A stretch of DNA of 64,000 nucleotides from Desulfatiglandales bacterium. Its GTDB lineage: Bacteria > Desulfobacterota > DSM-4660 > Desulfatiglandales > HGW-15. Position 1 is the stretch's first letter, and every line of letters begins with the position of its first letter. The stretch covers positions 2,144,001 to 2,208,000 of the forward strand of contig CAXXJJ010000004.1 of assembly GCA_963667015.2 (NCBI GenBank), in the 5' to 3' direction. Below, piece after piece: positions 60,519-64,000 of the stretch. The notes under the pieces are model-generated. The model worked only from the letters and a program-made list of their open reading frames with translations. It was not told the origin of the DNA and did not search any database. The position numbers were made by a program, and so were the translations under genes.

Positions 60519-61991
60519 TCATTTATCACTCCACCCAAGTTCAAGAGTTTTTTTAAAGTCTTTTTTGGCTAAAGTATTCTTGCCGATATTTTCATAAGCG
60601 ATACCAAGATGATAATAAACACTTGGCCTTAGATATTCGTTTTTTATTGCTTTTGCTTTATTCAAATAGAAAATTGCTGAAGAATAATCAGTTCGATAGT
60701 TTTCAATTATCCCCATCCTATGATACCACCAAATCTTATCGTTTTTAAATTGCTCAATTGCCTTTAAAATTGTTTCTTTAGCTCCATCTAAATCTCCGGA
60801 AATTAACTGGGTTTCTTCTAAAAACTGATAATAAACTCTTATATTTGGATCTAATTCAATAGCTTTTTCAAAATCTTTAATAGCACGTTTTAATTCTTTT
60901 TTTTCTCTAAGAAACTGCCCTCGAAGGTAATAACCATCACTTTTTAAGGGATTTTTTTTAATTCTAAAGTCATATAATTCAGCCTGTTCACCGAGGAAAA
61001 ATTGTATTGTTGTTTTTTTGGAAAAAATGGAATCAGCGAAATCTTGGATAGAGCCATTAATATCTTTCAATCTAAGCCTTAAATCCGCTCTCAATTTATA
61101 TGCAAAAACATATGTTTTATTTAGTTCCAGAGCCCTGGTAAAATCTTTTAGTGCACCATCTAAGCTGCCTGTAATTTCCCTGGCCTGCCCTCGGAGCACA
61201 AATGTTAAAGGATCACTGTTAATTAAAGAGATAGATTTATCTAAATATTTAATAGCCTTATCTATTTTCCGCATTGCCAGACAGATACCGCCCCATGATT
61301 GATAGGCTTCGGCATTGTCTGGTCTATACGCAATTACTTTTTTTAAATCTTCAATAGATTCTTCATATTGTTTCATTCTATATCTTTCTTGAGCCCTTTT
61401 CAGATATGTTTCCCAATCATCCGGATTCTCCCTGATCTTTTCTGTGAGTCTATCAATGTATGATTGCGGGTCAATATCAACAGAAAAGCTGTCTTCATCG
61501 TAGGCTGAATTGGCATTTGAATCGGCATTTGAATCAGCCTTACTATGGAATGCTACACTTGGTAGTATACTACCTGTTGCATACTTCCAATTCTCATACA
61601 AATTAGCGTAGTCATAAAGCTCCCAATCGTCACTGATTGTAAATTTGAAGGAACGCAATTTATCATATATATCAACATTTTGAGGGGGGTCGTCAAAATA
61701 TAAGAACCAGGTGTTGGCGGCGTCATCAACAAAGTAGCTGTGCCATCTTTGTTCTTTTAACGGTTCACTTTTCATTGGATTTTTAACCATATGCACAATA
61801 ATCCATTTTTTCCCGCCATCAGTTTCAGCCTTGGCCCAGCACAGCGCATTATCTACGTACCATGGTCTCTCATCTTTAATCCGAGACCATGCAAGAATTC
61901 GAAAATCAGTGACCTTTATATTATTTAAAGAGGTATATTTTCCGGATTCGATTTCCTGGATGCAGTTGGTACGAAGTTCTTCAAAGTTCAT
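60519..61991 (-). CDS. Tetratricopeptide-repeat protein (probable signal peptide from 62070 is out of frame)
   Basis: Multiple TPR patterns (Y..RG...A..DF..A.EL.P) in the C-terminal two thirds. Confidence 0.85.
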   Translation of the reverse strand: MNFEELRTNCIQEIESGKYTSLNNIKVTDFRILAWSRIKDERPWYVDNALCWAKAETDGGKKWIIVHMVKNPMKSEPLKEQRWHSYFVDDAANTWFLYFDDPPQNVDIYDKLRSFKFTISDDWELYDYANLYENWKYATGSILPSVAFHSKADSNADSNANSAYDEDSFSVDIDPQSYIDRLTEKIRENPDDWETYLKRAQERYRMKQYEESIEDLKKVIAYRPDNAEAYQSWGGICLAMRKIDKAIKYLDKSISLINSDPLTFVLRGQAREITGSLDGALKDFTRALELNKTYVFAYKLRADLRLRLKDINGSIQDFADSIFSKKTTIQFFLGEQAELYDFRIKKNPLKSDGYYLRGQFLREKKELKRAIKDFEKAIELDPNIRVYYQFLEETQLISGDLDGAKETILKAIEQFKNDKIWWYHRMGIIENYRTDYSSAIFYLNKAKAIKNEYLRPSVYYHLGIAYENIGKNTLAKKDFKKTLELGWSDK

Positions 61992-62458
61992 GTCCTTGAC
62001 GTCCTTGCAGTAAGAAACGCCCGAAAGAAAAAATGATAAGAAGCAAATAATAGCAAGATTTTTTGATCATTATGGTATCTCCAACATAGTTAGTATTTCG
62101 TTACAAAATAATATATGATTTTAATGAATTTATGTTAGAAAAGGCTTATAAAGCGATTTTTCTTCTGTTTGGTAAGACTTATTACTTTAATAACATATCT
62201 TGCTGCAATATAATTTCCAAGCACAATCTGAAAGGCTTTTTTAATCAGCGTAATTCCATATAGCTGCTATGTATCTGCAAAAAACCAATTTATCAAAATT
62301 ACAGATATCTAATATACCTGCATCTGGGTAAAATTTAAAAGACTTGAATATCGTAATGTTCCCTGCCCCTCCCCGCTAGTCTTCGCTAAAGCTACTCCTC
62401 ACGAGACAGGCAGGGAAAAGAGAAGGATCATGTGGAATGGTATAACAATTATGAATAT

Positions 62459-64000
62459 TTATTCCTGATGGCTTTCTTTAATCTCCATCTCTTTTTGATC
62501 AAAGACCTGAGGAATCAGCTTATTCTCAGCCTTTTTTGCCTTTGAAATTTCATTTAATTCCTGATCTGTTTTTGCAACAGTAGGAGTAAGGAATATGAGC
62601 AATTCTGTTTTGGATGTTTTTTCTTCTATACTTTTGAACAGCATTCCCAGAATCGGAATATCTCCAAGGAGAGGAACTTTTTTATGGGTTTTTGTAACCC
62701 GGTCTTCCATGAGCCCGCCTATTACAACCGTCTGGCCATCCCTTGCAATAACCCTGTTTTCCGAAGAGCGTTTTGCAAAAACGGATGCATCAACTGTTTC
62801 CGATATTGGCACGGATTCTCCGCTTATTGCCGATATCTCCTGGCTCAGATCCATTATGACCAGACCTTCATCATTTATGTATGGCGTAACTTCAAGGATA
62901 ATACCGATATCTTCATACTCTATTGTGTTTATGGTCTGGCCTGTATCCGTTGTTCTTGTATCCCGTATAAAGGGAACTTCATTTCCAACGGTTATGGTTG
63001 CGGTCTGGTTGTTGCTTGCAAGGATATACGGCCTTGAAAGAATATTCAGCTTTCCATCCTGTTCAAGCGCCCTCAGGGTAACATCAAATTTTTCATCCAC
63101 AATTTTTGCAACATAACCGCTTGTGAGATTCCCTAAACTGAAATCCGTATCAACCGTAACGCTCGTGTCCTTTCCGAGTGTATCCAGAAATGAAAATTCC
63201 GCTCCCCACTCAACATTGCCGTCATGTGTGACTTCCGCCAGCAACACTTTGATCAATACCTGCGGTACCGGTTTATCAAGTTCATCCAGCACCTTTTTCA
63301 CCTTTTCGTAGTTGGCAGGTGAAGTCATAATTATGAGAGAATTGGTGTCTTCATCAGATTTGATGGATACCTGACCGACCAGATCGCCGGTTGATGAGTC
63401 CGAAGAACTCACCGCAATGCCCATCGGGCCTGGCATTCCAGGTCCACCTGCACCCCCCTGTCCACGAGTACGCATTGATGCGATACCTGAACTACCTGAT
63501 GTACTGCTATTCATTTCATCAAACAACTCGTTTAAAACCTCTTCAAGGTTATCGGCCCTTGCATTCTTTAGAGGATATACAAAAACAGACTGTCCCTCGG
63601 ATGAATCTGAGTCAAGGTCCGATATTAACTGAGCTATTATTGTCATACTGTCCTGCGGTGCACTCACTACTACACTGTTGGTGCGCTCGTCAGCCTTGGC
63701 ATTGATATTAGCTGCCATCGCACCCTTGCCTGACTGTGACATTGCCTGGTTCATATCCATACCGGGAGGGCCTCCGCCGCCCCCCCTGATCATATTTCTG
63801 ATGTTTCCGGGAAGGGAAGAAGATGATCTACTGCCGCTATCTTCTTCAAACAGATCATTAATGAGCTCGGCAGTTGTTTCAGCTTCCGCATATTCCAGAT
63901 GAAACACTTTAATTTCAGAAACCATTGCAACAATGGTATCCATGGATCTGATGATCTCTATCAGGCGCTTTATATTAGCAGTTGTGTCAGTAATGATCAG
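62459..64000 (-). CDS. gspD: Type II secretion secretin GspD-like, 5' end outside the window
   Basis: Repeated N-domains (ADERTNS, DEDTNSL), LD.PVPQVLI, A.ITVG.EVP, GQTVVIGGL, KVPLLGDIP.LG.LF; frame open to the window edge. Confidence 0.88.
   Translation of the reverse strand: MIITDTTANIKRLIEIIRSMDTIVAMVSEIKVFHLEYAEAETTAELINDLFEEDSGSRSSSSLPGNIRNMIRGGGGGPPGMDMNQAMSQSGKGAMAANINAKADERTNSVVVSAPQDSMTIIAQLISDLDSDSSEGQSVFVYPLKNARADNLEEVLNELFDEMNSSTSGSSGIASMRTRGQGGAGGPGMPGPMGIAVSSSDSSTGDLVGQVSIKSDEDTNSLIIMTSPANYEKVKKVLDELDKPVPQVLIKVLLAEVTHDGNVEWGAEFSFLDTLGKDTSVTVDTDFSLGNLTSGYVAKIVDEKFDVTLRALEQDGKLNILSRPYILASNNQTATITVGNEVPFIRDTRTTDTGQTINTIEYEDIGIILEVTPYINDEGLVIMDLSQEISAISGESVPISETVDASVFAKRSSENRVIARDGQTVVIGGLMEDRVTKTHKKVPLLGDIPILGMLFKSIEEKTSKTELLIFLTPTVAKTDQELNEISKAKKAENKLIPQVFDQKEMEIKESHQE

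Noticed and set aside
62359..62418. Inverted repeat TTCCCTGCC...GGCAGGGAA downstream of the secretin
   Set aside because: Probably an ordinary terminator or REP-like remnant; single copy, no further support
1..64000. tRNA (including tRNA-Sec), rRNA, CRISPR array, transposase or integrase
   Set aside because: None recognised by eye; a covariance-model scan would be needed to exclude small RNAs formally

Overview
Bacterial chromosomal window, most likely from an anaerobic Desulfobacterota/deltaproteobacterium (inferred from gene content). About 57 kb (213-57112) forms a redox and sulfur-metabolism island. It appears to be wired by five PAS-domain sigma54 activators, and I can read about ten sigma54-type promoters with paired upstream activator sites directly from the DNA. 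Main blocks: (1) a plus-strand operon: Trx-like, DUF302, MMPL/RND, LolA-like, outer-membrane barrel, metV, metF, RACo-type corrinoid activator, HybA/HybB-like membrane module, and a multiheme cytochrome; (2) a minus-strand TusA, MvhD-like, HdrA, HdrA, HTH, HdrC-like, CCG, DsrE operon ending in a diadenylate cyclase, an MFS transporter and an atypical Rex; (3) disulfide oxidoreductases each preceded by a duplicated, unannotated 59-aa Cys protein; (4) formate dehydrogenase, CooC/CooT, peroxiredoxin, moaA and orp-like metallocluster genes. The ORF track stops at in-frame TGA codons in four genes, and each TGA is followed by a SECIS-like hairpin. These are formate dehydrogenase and peroxiredoxin (known selenoprotein types), a FmdB-type zinc-ribbon protein with a candidate penultimate Sec, and a 692-aa, 13-heme cytochrome c3/octaheme-tetrathionate-reductase fusion with Sec at the active-site Cys position. 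The last is the top candidate for an undescribed system. Several deletion scars and gene remnants show the island was built by duplication and decay. The right end (57-64 kb) is ordinary: EAL-HDOD protein, phosphotransferase, TPR protein, partial secretin. No rRNA, tRNA, CRISPR or transposase was seen. All family calls are by motif recognition; no database search was run.
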